Shown here in pieces: positions 27,930 through 37,947 of a stretch of 64,000 nucleotides of DNA (positions within the stretch are counted from its first letter, which is position 1; each line of letters begins with the position of its first letter). A program made the position numbers and the translations under genes. The stretch comes from Bacteriovoracia bacterium (GTDB taxonomy: Bacteria > Bdellovibrionota > UBA1018 > CAIPTA01), in contig JBFWVL010000001.1 of NCBI GenBank assembly GCA_050246755.1, positions 928,001-992,000 of the forward strand, in the 5' to 3' direction. The notes below the pieces were generated by a model, which was given only the letters and a program-made list of their open reading frames with translations, was not told where the DNA came from and ran no database searches.

Positions 27930-29372
27930 TTACCGCGCGGGAATCAAAATACTGGCCGCTCCCCCGGCAGGAACGCTTACTCGAAAGAAATCCCCGTTAG
28001 GCGTGGCCACCACGAAGGTTCTGGCCGCTGGGCCAGTATTCTCCACCACCTGTAACACTGAACTATCGCGATTTACGTAAGCGATCGTAGAATATCCCTC
28101 GTCCATCGGAGCGGCCGTAGCAATACGGTAGGCCCCCCTGCCCAAAAATTTTCCGGCGTGAGCCATCGCGATGAGTTCAGGATTAAACGTAATGTTTTTG
28201 GTATTTGTATCAATGTCCACGAGTCCCCGGCAGTTTCCGCAATATCCGAAATAAGGCCCATGATCTTGGTCGAGCGCAAGATTCCAGCCCATAGCCAGGC
28301 GATTTCCCAATAAACCCCCGCCAATCACCTGGGTTTGCAGCCAGAAATGCAAAGTCCCCGGGCCATCGCCCCACGTTCCCCCGCTGCACTCTGTTTGGTA
28401 AAGAGGAGCCGAGGAACCTTGCATTTGATCAAAGGTGCCGCCGTAGCAGTGGTAAGCGATGCCGGCGATTTTATTTCCCAAAGCCGTATAGATCGCGTCG
28501 CCCTCGGAACGAAGATCATAATTATGATCGAGCCCCAAGATCTTTGTTTTAACGCGAGCTGCTTTAAACGCGGGAAAAAGATGATCTCGGATAAAAGAAA
28601 TTTGCTCTTCCGAAGACATCTCCATCGAAGGATACTGCTCTGTAGAATGAAAAGGCTCGTTTTGAATCGTAATCGAATCCACGGGAATGCCAGCGGCTTC
28701 GAAACTCCGCACAGACTTTAAAAGATAGCGCGCGAACGCGCCGTAGTATTCGGGCTTGAGGCTTCCGCCATTAAGCTGTCCGGAAGTTTTCATCCAGGCA
28801 GGCGGCGACCAGGGGCTCAGTAAAATACGCAAATTTGGATTAATCCGTTTCACCCGCCGAAGGAACCTCACCAGTTTATGGGCGCGATGAAAACTAAAAC
28901 GCTTAAGCTGGGGGTCCACTTGCCCAGGGGGTAGATCCAAGTAGGTATACGAAGTGACCCCAAAATCAGTGGCTCCGATAGGAATTCGGAGATAATTGAT
29001 ATTCAGGCCGCGTTTGGGATGAAAAAGCTTCTCTAAAAGTTTGGCCCGCTTACGCGGAGGGAGTTTCCCGATCGCGATCAACGAAGAATCAGTAATGGCC
29101 GCACCATAACCTTCTACTTCCTGAAACTTCACGCTGGCGTCGAAAGAAAGCAGAGTGTCTTCGCTGCTGGGCGCCCCCACTCTCGCGGGTACAGTGGCAC
29201 GCAACGATTGGCCTTCCTGATAAGGATCGGTCACGAAAGTCGTTACGAGCCATGGATTCAGGTCGAAACCAGCAGTGGCGCTCGCCGCAAACGAAATTCC
29301 CATGGCCAGTCCCATAGCCAAAATTCGGCAATAATGCGCTCTTCTTGATCGCATGCGATTCCCCTCTGCCAT
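27930..29372 (-). CDS. Glycoside hydrolase family 30 (glucosylceramidase / beta-1,6-glucanase-like)
   Basis: GYGAAITDS, LRIPIGATDF, SPWSPPAWMK, TIQNEP (acid/base), YQTEC (nucleophile), WNLALD. Confidence 0.92.
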   Translation of the reverse strand: MAEGNRMRSRRAHYCRILAMGLAMGISFAASATAGFDLNPWLVTTFVTDPYQEGQSLRATVPARVGAPSSEDTLLSFDASVKFQEVEGYGAAITDSSLIAIGKLPPRKRAKLLEKLFHPKRGLNINYLRIPIGATDFGVTSYTYLDLPPGQVDPQLKRFSFHRAHKLVRFLRRVKRINPNLRILLSPWSPPAWMKTSGQLNGGSLKPEYYGAFARYLLKSVRSFEAAGIPVDSITIQNEPFHSTEQYPSMEMSSEEQISFIRDHLFPAFKAARVKTKILGLDHNYDLRSEGDAIYTALGNKIAGIAYHCYGGTFDQMQGSSAPLYQTECSGGTWGDGPGTLHFWLQTQVIGGGLLGNRLAMGWNLALDQDHGPYFGYCGNCRGLVDIDTNTKNITFNPELIAMAHAGKFLGRGAYRIATAAPMDEGYSTIAYVNRDSSVLQVVENTGPAARTFVVATPNGDFFRVSVPAGGAASILIPAR

Positions 29373-29469
29373 AAAGGGTAAACAAATCGCATTCTTATGT
29401 AAACCAGGTGCGGCTGGCTAAACGCGGGGAAGCCAATAGCGTAAATAAATAGCCGTTTCAGTGTAACGC

Positions 29470-30981
29470 CTACTTGAAAATTTCCGAAAGAACCCGTCCC
29501 TCGTTAGTGGCGGGCGGCAAAGTGCCAAGAAGAAAACTAAGCGTAGGGGCTAAATCTATTACTTTTGCCCCCGAGTACACTCCTGGTTTTACCTTCATGC
29601 CCGTGATCACGAGGGGAACCATGCGATCGTAAGCCCAGTTCGTATTGTGATTTCCGGGGTACCCATCCAGCTCGATGAAATAAGGCCGCGGTAAAATAAC
29701 CAAATCCCCGCCTATCTCTGGCAAATAAGAACGGGAAACCTCGGTGGCCAATGGGCCGTTCCGGTAACTGCCATCGAGAAACTCCGATTTGGTAAGCACG
29801 CCGAGCACTCCCGGCTCTTTAAGCAGCACCGCCTTAGCGACCACTTCGGCTTTCCTTGCTGAAACCTTTTTCTCCCTTAAGCTGCCTTCATCGAAGTAAA
29901 TATGCAGAGAATGCCCCGCCGCGATCCAGTTTTTAGATTTAGGTGTCCCGAATGCCTTGGATAAGGCCCCATTCAGTTTCGCGTTCAAAGATGCGTATTC
30001 GAAACCGCCCGCGTCGATTTTCGCCGCCTTGGACACTTCGATCAGTGGTGCCACCCCGTGATCCGCGGTAAGTGCCACCACGAGGTTATCCATTCCTCCC
30101 ACCTTTTTTCCGAGCGCCCCGATAAGCCGGGATATTTCTTTATCTTCCACGAGCGTCATGTCCAGCATGAACGGAGAATTCGGCCCCACTTGATGTCCTA
30201 AATAATCATGACTGGAGAAGCTCACGGCCAAAAGATCGGGGGCCTCATTTGCTCCCAACGAAAAGGCGGTGGCAGCTGCGAGCGCAGCATCTACCGTCAT
30301 CGTCGCGGCCGCAGTAGAACGCATGAGCTCTTTCACCGTGAGCGCCTTTATCGTTGGGGCCATTGACTCATTGAACTTATTCAGCCATGTGGTACCGGAC
30401 TTTTCATAGTAGCCGCTACTTACCCACTCTTTTTTCTTATTATCAAACCAAGCCACGCCATTGGCGTTCCTTCCGCCAAGCAAAATAGCCGCCCTATCCT
30501 TAAGCGCCACCGCCACCGTCTTTGACTCCACATTCACATTTTTCAGCTCATCTCCAACCGTAGTAGTGAGCAATTTTCTAGGAGAGAGGCCATATTGGGC
30601 ATCCGCCACACAGTAAGCGATTTTTTTTTCTTTTCGGTCGTACCAGTCGTTCAGCGTGATGCCGTTGGTGGCCGGCCGGGTGCCGGTGAGGATCATGGCG
30701 TGGCCGGGGCAGGTCATATTCTGCAGAACGTCGTACTCGGCAAACGGAAAATAAGCTCCCTTTTCCAAAAGGTAACGAAAGCCGCCCGGCTCGGCACTGC
30801 TCCCAGCAGGCAAAAACTTCGCTTCGTAACGCGTGAGATAATCGGCGCGGAATTGGTCAATTACGATTACCACCACTAACTTAGGTCGGCGCAAAAAGGC
30901 ACCAAGGTCCATCGCTTGCGCGAAAGTTGAACCCAAGAGGCTAATCACAATTGCTCCGGTCAGAATAAAAGGCCGCATCAT
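29470..30981 (-). CDS. Alkaline phosphatase superfamily protein (PafA/NPP-like)
   Basis: VIDQFRADY, Thr nucleophile TCPGHA, DYLGHQ.GP, LTADHG. Confidence 0.9.
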   Translation of the reverse strand: MMRPFILTGAIVISLLGSTFAQAMDLGAFLRRPKLVVVIVIDQFRADYLTRYEAKFLPAGSSAEPGGFRYLLEKGAYFPFAEYDVLQNMTCPGHAMILTGTRPATNGITLNDWYDRKEKKIAYCVADAQYGLSPRKLLTTTVGDELKNVNVESKTVAVALKDRAAILLGGRNANGVAWFDNKKKEWVSSGYYEKSGTTWLNKFNESMAPTIKALTVKELMRSTAAATMTVDAALAAATAFSLGANEAPDLLAVSFSSHDYLGHQVGPNSPFMLDMTLVEDKEISRLIGALGKKVGGMDNLVVALTADHGVAPLIEVSKAAKIDAGGFEYASLNAKLNGALSKAFGTPKSKNWIAAGHSLHIYFDEGSLREKKVSARKAEVVAKAVLLKEPGVLGVLTKSEFLDGSYRNGPLATEVSRSYLPEIGGDLVILPRPYFIELDGYPGNHNTNWAYDRMVPLVITGMKVKPGVYSGAKVIDLAPTLSFLLGTLPPATNEGRVLSEIFK

Positions 30982-31134
30982 CGAATTCCTCTTAGAAAGG
31001 CTTACCGCTCCAGTACTTTTGGCACAATCGGAATGCGGCTAAAAGTTGATTGTGACATCCCGCAGCCCAAGCTATTTCCCTCGAATTTGCCTTGGTCCAA
31101 TGAATTTATCTGTAGCATAATCGGCCCACTCACT

Positions 31135-32664
31135 ATGGCGTCTCCCCTCAATCCCAATATAAGCGCCCTCACTGATTCTTTGAGCCAATCATTTAGCCAA
31201 GCTCGCCCATTTCCGCATGTTGTGGCCGATAACTTTCTCGCGCCGGAATTTGCACAAAAACTATTCGCCCAGTTTCCTCCTTTTGCCCAAGAACGGGCAA
31301 TCGCCGAGCACGGAAAAGTGGGAGGTAAAGCTACCCGGGAAAACATGCGCGAGCTTGGCTCTGCCTTTCAGGAGCTAGACGAATTCTTCGCTTCTGCCGA
31401 TTTTTTGGGCTGGATGAGTCAGCTAACTGGAATTCCTGATCTGCTCTATGACCCCGAATATTTTGGGGGGGGCACTCATGAAAATCTCCCGGGCCAAGAC
31501 ATGAGTGTGCACGTGGATTTCAACTACCACCCCACGCGCGGCTGGCACCGGCGCTTAAATGTGCTCATTTATCTAAATCCCGAGTGGGAAGAAAGTTGGG
31601 GCGGGTCGTTAGAGCTTTGGCAAAATCCTTGGGATGCACCGAACAAAAACTCCATCGCAAAAATCACTCCCCGCTGGAATCGCATGGTGGCCTTTCCCAC
31701 CACGGAGCATTCTTGGCATGGATTTGAGACAGTAAAAATTCCTGAATATGCCCGAAATCGTGTTCCTTCCCGCAGGAGCATTGCACTTTACCTCTATTCG
31801 AAAGATAGGCCGGCCGCCGAAATGGGTACCATGCACAGCACGGTCTACTACGAAAGGCCGCTGCCGGAATCCATCCGGGCGGAAAAAGTGATTAGTAGGG
31901 CAGATTGGAACGAAATGACGCGCCTCATAGCAAGGCGGGATGATTTGCTGAAGATGATCTACGCAAGGGAAGGTCGATTTAATGGCCTTATCGCTGAGCT
32001 AGAAAAAAAGAATAGGGAACAAGAGCACGCCCTCCGGATCGCTGGTGGATCTTTGTCATCCGCTTCGGCCAGTGTGCCGCTTGAAATCGTAAAAGAACAA
32101 CAAGAGACGATTCATCAACTTATGACGCTGGTGACTCAACTCGCCAATAGCCCTACCTCCACGAGTCCACTGCTTTTTTTGCCCTCCGTTTCCGACGTCC
32201 ATACCGCCTGCTCCGGTTTTTGGCGGCTAAAAATGCTGAGCGCTGGCGTAAAAGTAAAAGTGCTTCAGAAATTTCAGCTTCGCCCGAAGATATGGGCCTT
32301 GGTTAAACTGCGCGATTCTGATCGCTTGCAACTCGTTTACCTAGCGCAGGAATTTCAGAATTTTTTTCTCGCCCATCAGGCCACTAGCCCCGGAACCCTG
32401 CTGATTCCCCACCGGGCCGTTTACGGCCAAGTGGTAGAGCTGAGAAATCAGATGGGCGAAAGAATTTTTCTGCCCAATGAACTCAGGACTCGCTTTTATA
32501 GCCTGGCCCTTGCTTGGCTCTTCGTGCTCGTACACGTGGCCAAAAACATCTTGTTTCGCCGGGTGCGCAGTCCCTGGCTTTGGCGCGCTTCCGTGCTCTA
32601 CCGCCGCGCCCTAAAAACGCTTGGGATTCATGTACCCGTAGTGCCTCCGCCCTCTGGACTCTAG
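31135..32664 (+). CDS. 2OG-Fe(II) oxygenase with coiled coil and C-terminal extension
   Basis: PFPHVVADNFL, HVDFN (HxD), SWHGF, RRSIA; start at MASPLN. Confidence 0.88.
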   Translation: MASPLNPNISALTDSLSQSFSQARPFPHVVADNFLAPEFAQKLFAQFPPFAQERAIAEHGKVGGKATRENMRELGSAFQELDEFFASADFLGWMSQLTGIPDLLYDPEYFGGGTHENLPGQDMSVHVDFNYHPTRGWHRRLNVLIYLNPEWEESWGGSLELWQNPWDAPNKNSIAKITPRWNRMVAFPTTEHSWHGFETVKIPEYARNRVPSRRSIALYLYSKDRPAAEMGTMHSTVYYERPLPESIRAEKVISRADWNEMTRLIARRDDLLKMIYAREGRFNGLIAELEKKNREQEHALRIAGGSLSSASASVPLEIVKEQQETIHQLMTLVTQLANSPTSTSPLLFLPSVSDVHTACSGFWRLKMLSAGVKVKVLQKFQLRPKIWALVKLRDSDRLQLVYLAQEFQNFFLAHQATSPGTLLIPHRAVYGQVVELRNQMGERIFLPNELRTRFYSLALAWLFVLVHVAKNILFRRVRSPWLWRASVLYRRALKTLGIHVPVVPPPSGL

Positions 32665-32690
32665 GCCCAAAAGTATGGTTCACTAGGGCC

Positions 32691-34619
32691 ATGCTCCCCT
32701 CAACACAGCGCAATGAAAGGCTTGTGGGCTTTTGTAGCGCTCCCTGGACCGATTGCATCACCTACGCCGATGGCGAGCTCAAAGCTTGCGATCGAAACGT
32801 GGCGTCTTTCGGTAACTGGCAAAAAGACGGGCTGAAAAAAACCTGGAACAGCGAAAAATTTCAAAGTTTCCGAGCCGCCGTTCGTGAAGGCCGTTATCCA
32901 GACCAAGACTGTGCCAGCTGCCACAACAATGGAACTCAGCGCACGGCGGAAAGCAGTATGGGCGGTGCTTACCACGCTCATAATGAATTTCTTTGCCGGT
33001 TCTTGGGTGTTTCCACGATCGAAGAGATTGAACAATTCCGGCAATTTTTCAGCCTAAAAAAACGTAACGCCGAAAGCGATCTAGCGTTCCCTGTTTTTTA
33101 CCGCTATCTGGATCAGCTAAAAGCCGATCACCCGGGCGCATTTGAGAGCAATCGCGAATTCCACAATGCGGTAGTGAAACTGCGGGTACTGGCGGAAGCA
33201 CTAGAGGATTATCTCGGCGGCGCGCTCGAGCCGCGAAGAGTGGCCACGTTCCGCCAGTCTCAGCTGCAAGCAAAATGCACCGCCCGCTGCGTAATGTGCG
33301 CCGGAAAATTTACCGGCGAAATTGTGGATGGTCCTACGATGGACGAGCAGTTCGTGGATGAGGCCTTTGCCGAGATTGAAGACGTGACTGATTTCTGGTG
33401 CAACGGCGCGGAGTATCTCTACTACAAAGAGTGGAAGAAAATCGCGCTCATGCTTGCCAATGAAGGAACCAAGCTCCGCGTTTCCACCAACGGCATTCTG
33501 CTCACCGAGCCCACGATCAAGTTTATGATCGACAACGGCATCCTGCGCTTTCTCACCGTAAGCATCGATGCTGCCACCAAGGAAACCTTGGAATCCACGC
33601 GCGTAAATGTGAATTTCGAGAAAACCATGGCGCGCATAAAATATTTGCTCGAATACGCCCAAGAGAAAAATCTCGTGTTCGAGTTCACCGCCGCGTTCGT
33701 GATGATGAAAAGAAATCTCGCCGAGCTTCCTGCTTTCGTTCGTCTGATACATAGCCTGCGTCCGCCAGGCTGCAAACAGCTGGTAACCGTGCTTTGCCAG
33801 CCACTCGAGAATTTCGACGTCCTGAACTATCGGCGTTTCGTGCACGGAGAACATCACTCGCTATTTGGCGAGGAAAAGCTAAAAGAAATTTTCCAGGAAA
33901 CTTACCGTGCCCACCTCGAAACGGGCGTGCAGGTCTCCTTCTATAATCAAAAGCTGAAGGAATTTATGGAAGCGGGCATGCCCTTCCCCCGTTTTTTCCC
34001 ACGCCGTACCGATATGGATATTTTGTTGGCGGATCTAGCTCGTTCCGAAGCCCGCATTCCCTTCCTCCACGAGGCGATCGAAAAGGATTTTAACTCTATC
34101 CTGGAAAGCACCAAGGGCGATGCCGCGGCGCTGCACCGGGCGGTTTTATGTCAGGCGAACGCGCTGCTGGAAAAGAACGCGGTTGTCCAGGAGATCGTTC
34201 TGGCGTTTCCCGAGCTGAAGTCCCGGCTCGAAACGATTATGCCGAACTGGGCTTCTAATTTTTTGGCGAAAAAAGTTCCTTCCACGGCCCAAGCGAGCGA
34301 ATCGGAAGTAGAGGTAAGAAATTTGGAATCCGAAAGCCCTGCGGCAAAATCCGCCCAGCATTTCGGCGTAATGGTAAGCTCGGCGAACGGATCGGTATTA
34401 TTGGAATCTTCAGTTCCGGGATCAAATCCTTTGCGTCGAGCTTTTGTCGGGCTTTTAGGAAAAGTGTATATTGCCGTTCACCGTCTAAAGACCAAGCTAG
34501 TCGGTGATCGTAAAAGCCTGCTCCTATGGAATTTATCGGTAGCTTATCGCCGCGCTCTGGCCGCATTCGGCCTACGCGTGAATCCGTTGCCCATCGACAA
34601 TCAACGAAGTGGCGGCTAA
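32691..34619 (+). CDS. Radical SAM protein with N-terminal SPASM/twitch domain
   Basis: FCSAPW..ACD..GNW..TWNS..FR..CASC, then CTARCVMC, STNGILL, SIDAAT. Confidence 0.88.
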   Translation: MLPSTQRNERLVGFCSAPWTDCITYADGELKACDRNVASFGNWQKDGLKKTWNSEKFQSFRAAVREGRYPDQDCASCHNNGTQRTAESSMGGAYHAHNEFLCRFLGVSTIEEIEQFRQFFSLKKRNAESDLAFPVFYRYLDQLKADHPGAFESNREFHNAVVKLRVLAEALEDYLGGALEPRRVATFRQSQLQAKCTARCVMCAGKFTGEIVDGPTMDEQFVDEAFAEIEDVTDFWCNGAEYLYYKEWKKIALMLANEGTKLRVSTNGILLTEPTIKFMIDNGILRFLTVSIDAATKETLESTRVNVNFEKTMARIKYLLEYAQEKNLVFEFTAAFVMMKRNLAELPAFVRLIHSLRPPGCKQLVTVLCQPLENFDVLNYRRFVHGEHHSLFGEEKLKEIFQETYRAHLETGVQVSFYNQKLKEFMEAGMPFPRFFPRRTDMDILLADLARSEARIPFLHEAIEKDFNSILESTKGDAAALHRAVLCQANALLEKNAVVQEIVLAFPELKSRLETIMPNWASNFLAKKVPSTAQASESEVEVRNLESESPAAKSAQHFGVMVSSANGSVLLESSVPGSNPLRRAFVGLLGKVYIAVHRLKTKLVGDRKSLLLWNLSVAYRRALAAFGLRVNPLPIDNQRSGG

Positions 34620-34627
34620 GAGGCGCG

Positions 34628-36043
34628 ATGGCAAAATACACCAAAAAACTTCCCGAAAACTTTTGCATCCTTCCTTTTACGACGATGCTCGTCCGGGCAG
34701 ATGCCAGCGTGTCTGTTTGCTGCCTGAATTCTTCTTCGGCCACCAATGAAGGTGGCGAACAGCTGCACTTATATAAAGATCCGCTGAAGCGGGCCTTCCA
34801 TTCGCCCCTGTTTCAAGAGCTGCGGGCCGATATGTCGGCGGGGAAAAGACATCCCAGCTGCGAAAACTGCTGGCGCGACGATGACGCCGGAATTCCCTCG
34901 AAACGCATTGCCGATAATGAGATTTGGGGCCACTGGGTGGATCCTAGCCTAGAAGGAAAAGGCCCCGACTCCCCCATAGACGTAAGCTTTAATCTCGGCA
35001 CGCTTTGCAATCTGAAATGCCGGATTTGCGGATCCACTTCTTCTTCGCGCTGGGCCCAGGAATATCTCGAGCTTTTTGGCACCGACCATATTCCTCGCAA
35101 TAACGATTTCATTAAGAAAATGCCGCTCGAGGAATCTCGAGCGCTGCTTTCGAACTGGCCGCAGAAAAATCCTGAGCTCACTTCCACTATTTTCGAGTGG
35201 CTTCCCCATATGGAAAGAATGGAGTTTCTCGGCGGAGAACCTTTCCTGAATATGAAGCAGTTTGAAATTGTGGCGAAGTCAGTGGAGATCGGCGCGGCCA
35301 AGAATCAAGCGTTACATTTCGCCACCAACGGGTCACAATTCCCCGACGAATCAGCGCGTGAGAAGTGGTCCCACTTTAAGTACGTAAACGTGAATATAAG
35401 CGTAGACGGCCTCAGGGATCAGTTTGAGTACCAGCGCTTCGGCGCAAAATGGGATCAAGCACTCGCCAATATCGAGAAGTACCGAGCGCTCGATAGCGTG
35501 GATCTCGTGCAGATCTATTTGAGCATCAGCGTTTTCACGGTATTTTATCTGCCGGAAATTCTTTCTTTCTGGCATAAACGTGGCTTAAACGTTTGCCTAT
35601 CCACCGTTACGAACCCACATCGGTTCGACGCGCGGGTGATTCCTCCGCCGCTCAAGAAAATGATCCTGGAAAAATACACCCATTACCAGAATGAGCTCCC
35701 CGCTGATCTTCGGGAAAAAATGAACGGGGTGGGCAACTTCATGAATTCCGCGGACCACTCCAATCTTTGGCTGAAGTTTATCGAGTCCGTTTGGTTTCAC
35801 GATGACTATCGTAAGCAGTCTTTCTCTCAGACTTTTCCCGAATTTCACGCGGAAATCGAACGCCAGGGATTCTGGTACGATTATGTCTCTCAAAAAGACT
35901 TGTTTCTTCAGCATTCTGGCGAAGAACCGATTCCCTCGCAAAAGAAAGAAGCCGTGCTTGGCTCCTCCGTTCCTATTCCGAAAATAGCCCAACGCAAAAC
36001 CTGGATATCTCGATTTATGGGCCGTGGCAGCGATTCACTCTAG
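34628..36043 (+). CDS. Twitch-domain radical SAM protein
   Basis: FCILPF..VCC..CENCW, LGTLCNLKCRICG..SSSRW, GGEPFL, SVDG. Confidence 0.9.
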   Translation: MAKYTKKLPENFCILPFTTMLVRADASVSVCCLNSSSATNEGGEQLHLYKDPLKRAFHSPLFQELRADMSAGKRHPSCENCWRDDDAGIPSKRIADNEIWGHWVDPSLEGKGPDSPIDVSFNLGTLCNLKCRICGSTSSSRWAQEYLELFGTDHIPRNNDFIKKMPLEESRALLSNWPQKNPELTSTIFEWLPHMERMEFLGGEPFLNMKQFEIVAKSVEIGAAKNQALHFATNGSQFPDESAREKWSHFKYVNVNISVDGLRDQFEYQRFGAKWDQALANIEKYRALDSVDLVQIYLSISVFTVFYLPEILSFWHKRGLNVCLSTVTNPHRFDARVIPPPLKKMILEKYTHYQNELPADLREKMNGVGNFMNSADHSNLWLKFIESVWFHDDYRKQSFSQTFPEFHAEIERQGFWYDYVSQKDLFLQHSGEEPIPSQKKEAVLGSSVPIPKIAQRKTWISRFMGRGSDSL

Positions 36044-36051
36044 GAGAGGGT

Positions 36052-37002
36052 TTGGCGCAAAAGAAAAAATTATCGATCATCATTCCCGTCTTCAACGAAG
36101 CCGAAAACATTACGCGCATCTATGAGGAACTGTGCTCTGTTCGCACCTCCTCGCTCGCGCCTTATGAATTTGAGATCCTTTTCATGGATAATCATAGTGA
36201 AGATGCCTCCTTCTCCACGATCGCTTCCCTGGCGCAAAATGACTCCTCGGTGCGAGTGATCCGGCTGAGCCGAAATTTCGGTTACCAAGCGAATATCTTA
36301 ACTGGATTCAGAAACTGTACTGGCCACGCTGCTATTCAGCTGGACGCCGACGGGGAAGACGATCCCGCACTGATTCCAGCCTTGGTAAAGCGATGGGAGG
36401 AAGGCTTCAAGGTGGTGTACGGCATTCGGCGTAAGCGCTTTGAAAGCATATTCCTATCGTGGCAGCGAAAGATTTTCTACCGGCTCCTCAGATGGCTATC
36501 TTCCGTGCCGATTCCGGTAGACTCCGGAGATTTCCGCCTAATAGATCGCCAAGTAATCGAATGCCTGCGCTCTTTCGATGAAGCCAATCCCTACCTGCGG
36601 GGCCTAATCGCTTTCGCCGGGTTCCGGAGCACTGGCGTGCCCTATGACCGGCGTCCGCGATATAAAGGGCAAGGCAAACTTTCGTGGTGGAGCTATGTTT
36701 TTCTGGGAATCGACGGAATATGCTCTTTCTCTAAAAAGCCGCTCGCCGTGGCAACCTGGGCGGGCCTTTTTCTCTTTGGTGCCGGTGGAGTTCTATTTGG
36801 TTTTCAGCTTTGGAAAATGCCCCATATGGAGGAAACGGTCTCCTGGGCGCCTTTCCTTCTTAGCACTCAGCTGTTGGTGGGCGGAATTCAGCTTCTCTGT
36901 TTAGGCATCATGGGTCTATACGTGGGCCGAATTCTCGATGAGGCGAAGGGCCGGCCCATTAGCGTGATCGAGAACACTCTTTCTTCGAAAGGCGACGAAT
37001 AG
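36052..37002 (+). CDS. GT2 polyprenyl-phosphate glycosyltransferase (GtrB-like)
   Basis: SIIIPVFNE, LSRNFG, LDADGEDDP, SGDFRL, two C-terminal TM helices, GRI..EAKGRP. Confidence 0.92.
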   Translation: MAQKKKLSIIIPVFNEAENITRIYEELCSVRTSSLAPYEFEILFMDNHSEDASFSTIASLAQNDSSVRVIRLSRNFGYQANILTGFRNCTGHAAIQLDADGEDDPALIPALVKRWEEGFKVVYGIRRKRFESIFLSWQRKIFYRLLRWLSSVPIPVDSGDFRLIDRQVIECLRSFDEANPYLRGLIAFAGFRSTGVPYDRRPRYKGQGKLSWWSYVFLGIDGICSFSKKPLAVATWAGLFLFGAGGVLFGFQLWKMPHMEETVSWAPFLLSTQLLVGGIQLLCLGIMGLYVGRILDEAKGRPISVIENTLSSKGDE

Positions 37003-37947
37003 TTGTCCAGCTCCATTAAAAAATCCGTCTCACGAAAGATTCTGATCACGGGAGCTTCTGGATTTATTGGCTCGCACTTAACGAGCCACTTTCTATCCCT
37101 TGGCTACGAGGTTCACACAATCAACAAACGCGAAGTCGCGTCTTTGCCCTCCGCGGCTCGCCAACATATTGCAGATTTCGCCGATCAATCCTCGCTGGGA
37201 TCCACGCTCGAAAAAATTGCCGCGCCAATCGTTGTTCACTTAGCGGGCCGAACGGTGCCTGGCCGCGACTTTGCGGAGTTCGGGAAGCAATTTGAAAATA
37301 CAGTATCGCCCGCCATTCACATGGCATTGGAGCTTCCAGTCGCTACCAAGCTAGCGTTATTTTTTGGCTCTTGTGAAGAGTATGGAAACGGACCGGCTCC
37401 CTTCCGTGAAGAAAACTGTCCGGTGGCATTCTCCCCTTACGGCTGGGGAAAAATTTCAGCCTTCTACGGCGCCACCTTGATCGCCCGGCAACGCCAATTG
37501 AACTGGTGCTGGCTGCGGCCTTTTCTCACGTTCGGGCCAGGCCAAGAATCCCAGCTTTTGATACCCACCTTGATCCGGGGCTGCTTGGCGGGCGAAGACG
37601 TAGACCTCTCGCCGGGCGAGCAAACTCGCGACTTTTTATACGTTGAGGACTTATGCCAGATGATCTCCACGATTGTCGGCACCCCTGAACGCGCGCGCGG
37701 GGAAATCATCAATCTATGCTCAGGAGTGCCCCGCACAGTAAAATCCGTGGCCGAGAAAGTAAGGGATCTTGCGGGCGGAGGCAACTTAAGATTTGGCGCG
37801 TCTCCTTATCGGGCCGAAGAGGCAATGCAGTTTTTTGGCTCTGGAGAAAAATTCACGCGGCTCTTTGGGAAACCTCGCCTAACCGAATTTGAAAAAGCCC
37901 TGCGCCTCACCCTGGACTTTCAACGCTCGGAAGAGATTAAAAAATGA
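37003..37947 (+). CDS. NAD-dependent epimerase/dehydratase (extended SDR, NDP-sugar reductase-like)
   Basis: GASGFIG, GSCEEYG, YGWGK, TRDFLYVED. Confidence 0.9.
   Translation: MSSSIKKSVSRKILITGASGFIGSHLTSHFLSLGYEVHTINKREVASLPSAARQHIADFADQSSLGSTLEKIAAPIVVHLAGRTVPGRDFAEFGKQFENTVSPAIHMALELPVATKLALFFGSCEEYGNGPAPFREENCPVAFSPYGWGKISAFYGATLIARQRQLNWCWLRPFLTFGPGQESQLLIPTLIRGCLAGEDVDLSPGEQTRDFLYVEDLCQMISTIVGTPERARGEIINLCSGVPRTVKSVAEKVRDLAGGGNLRFGASPYRAEEAMQFFGSGEKFTRLFGKPRLTEFEKALRLTLDFQRSEEIKK

Noticed and set aside
32514-32690. Extended ORF starts for the rSAM genes (32514, 34526), the oxygenase (31033) and the MltD-like gene (25943)
   Set aside because: They overlap upstream genes or regulatory DNA; downstream starts fit the domain boundaries and spacing better
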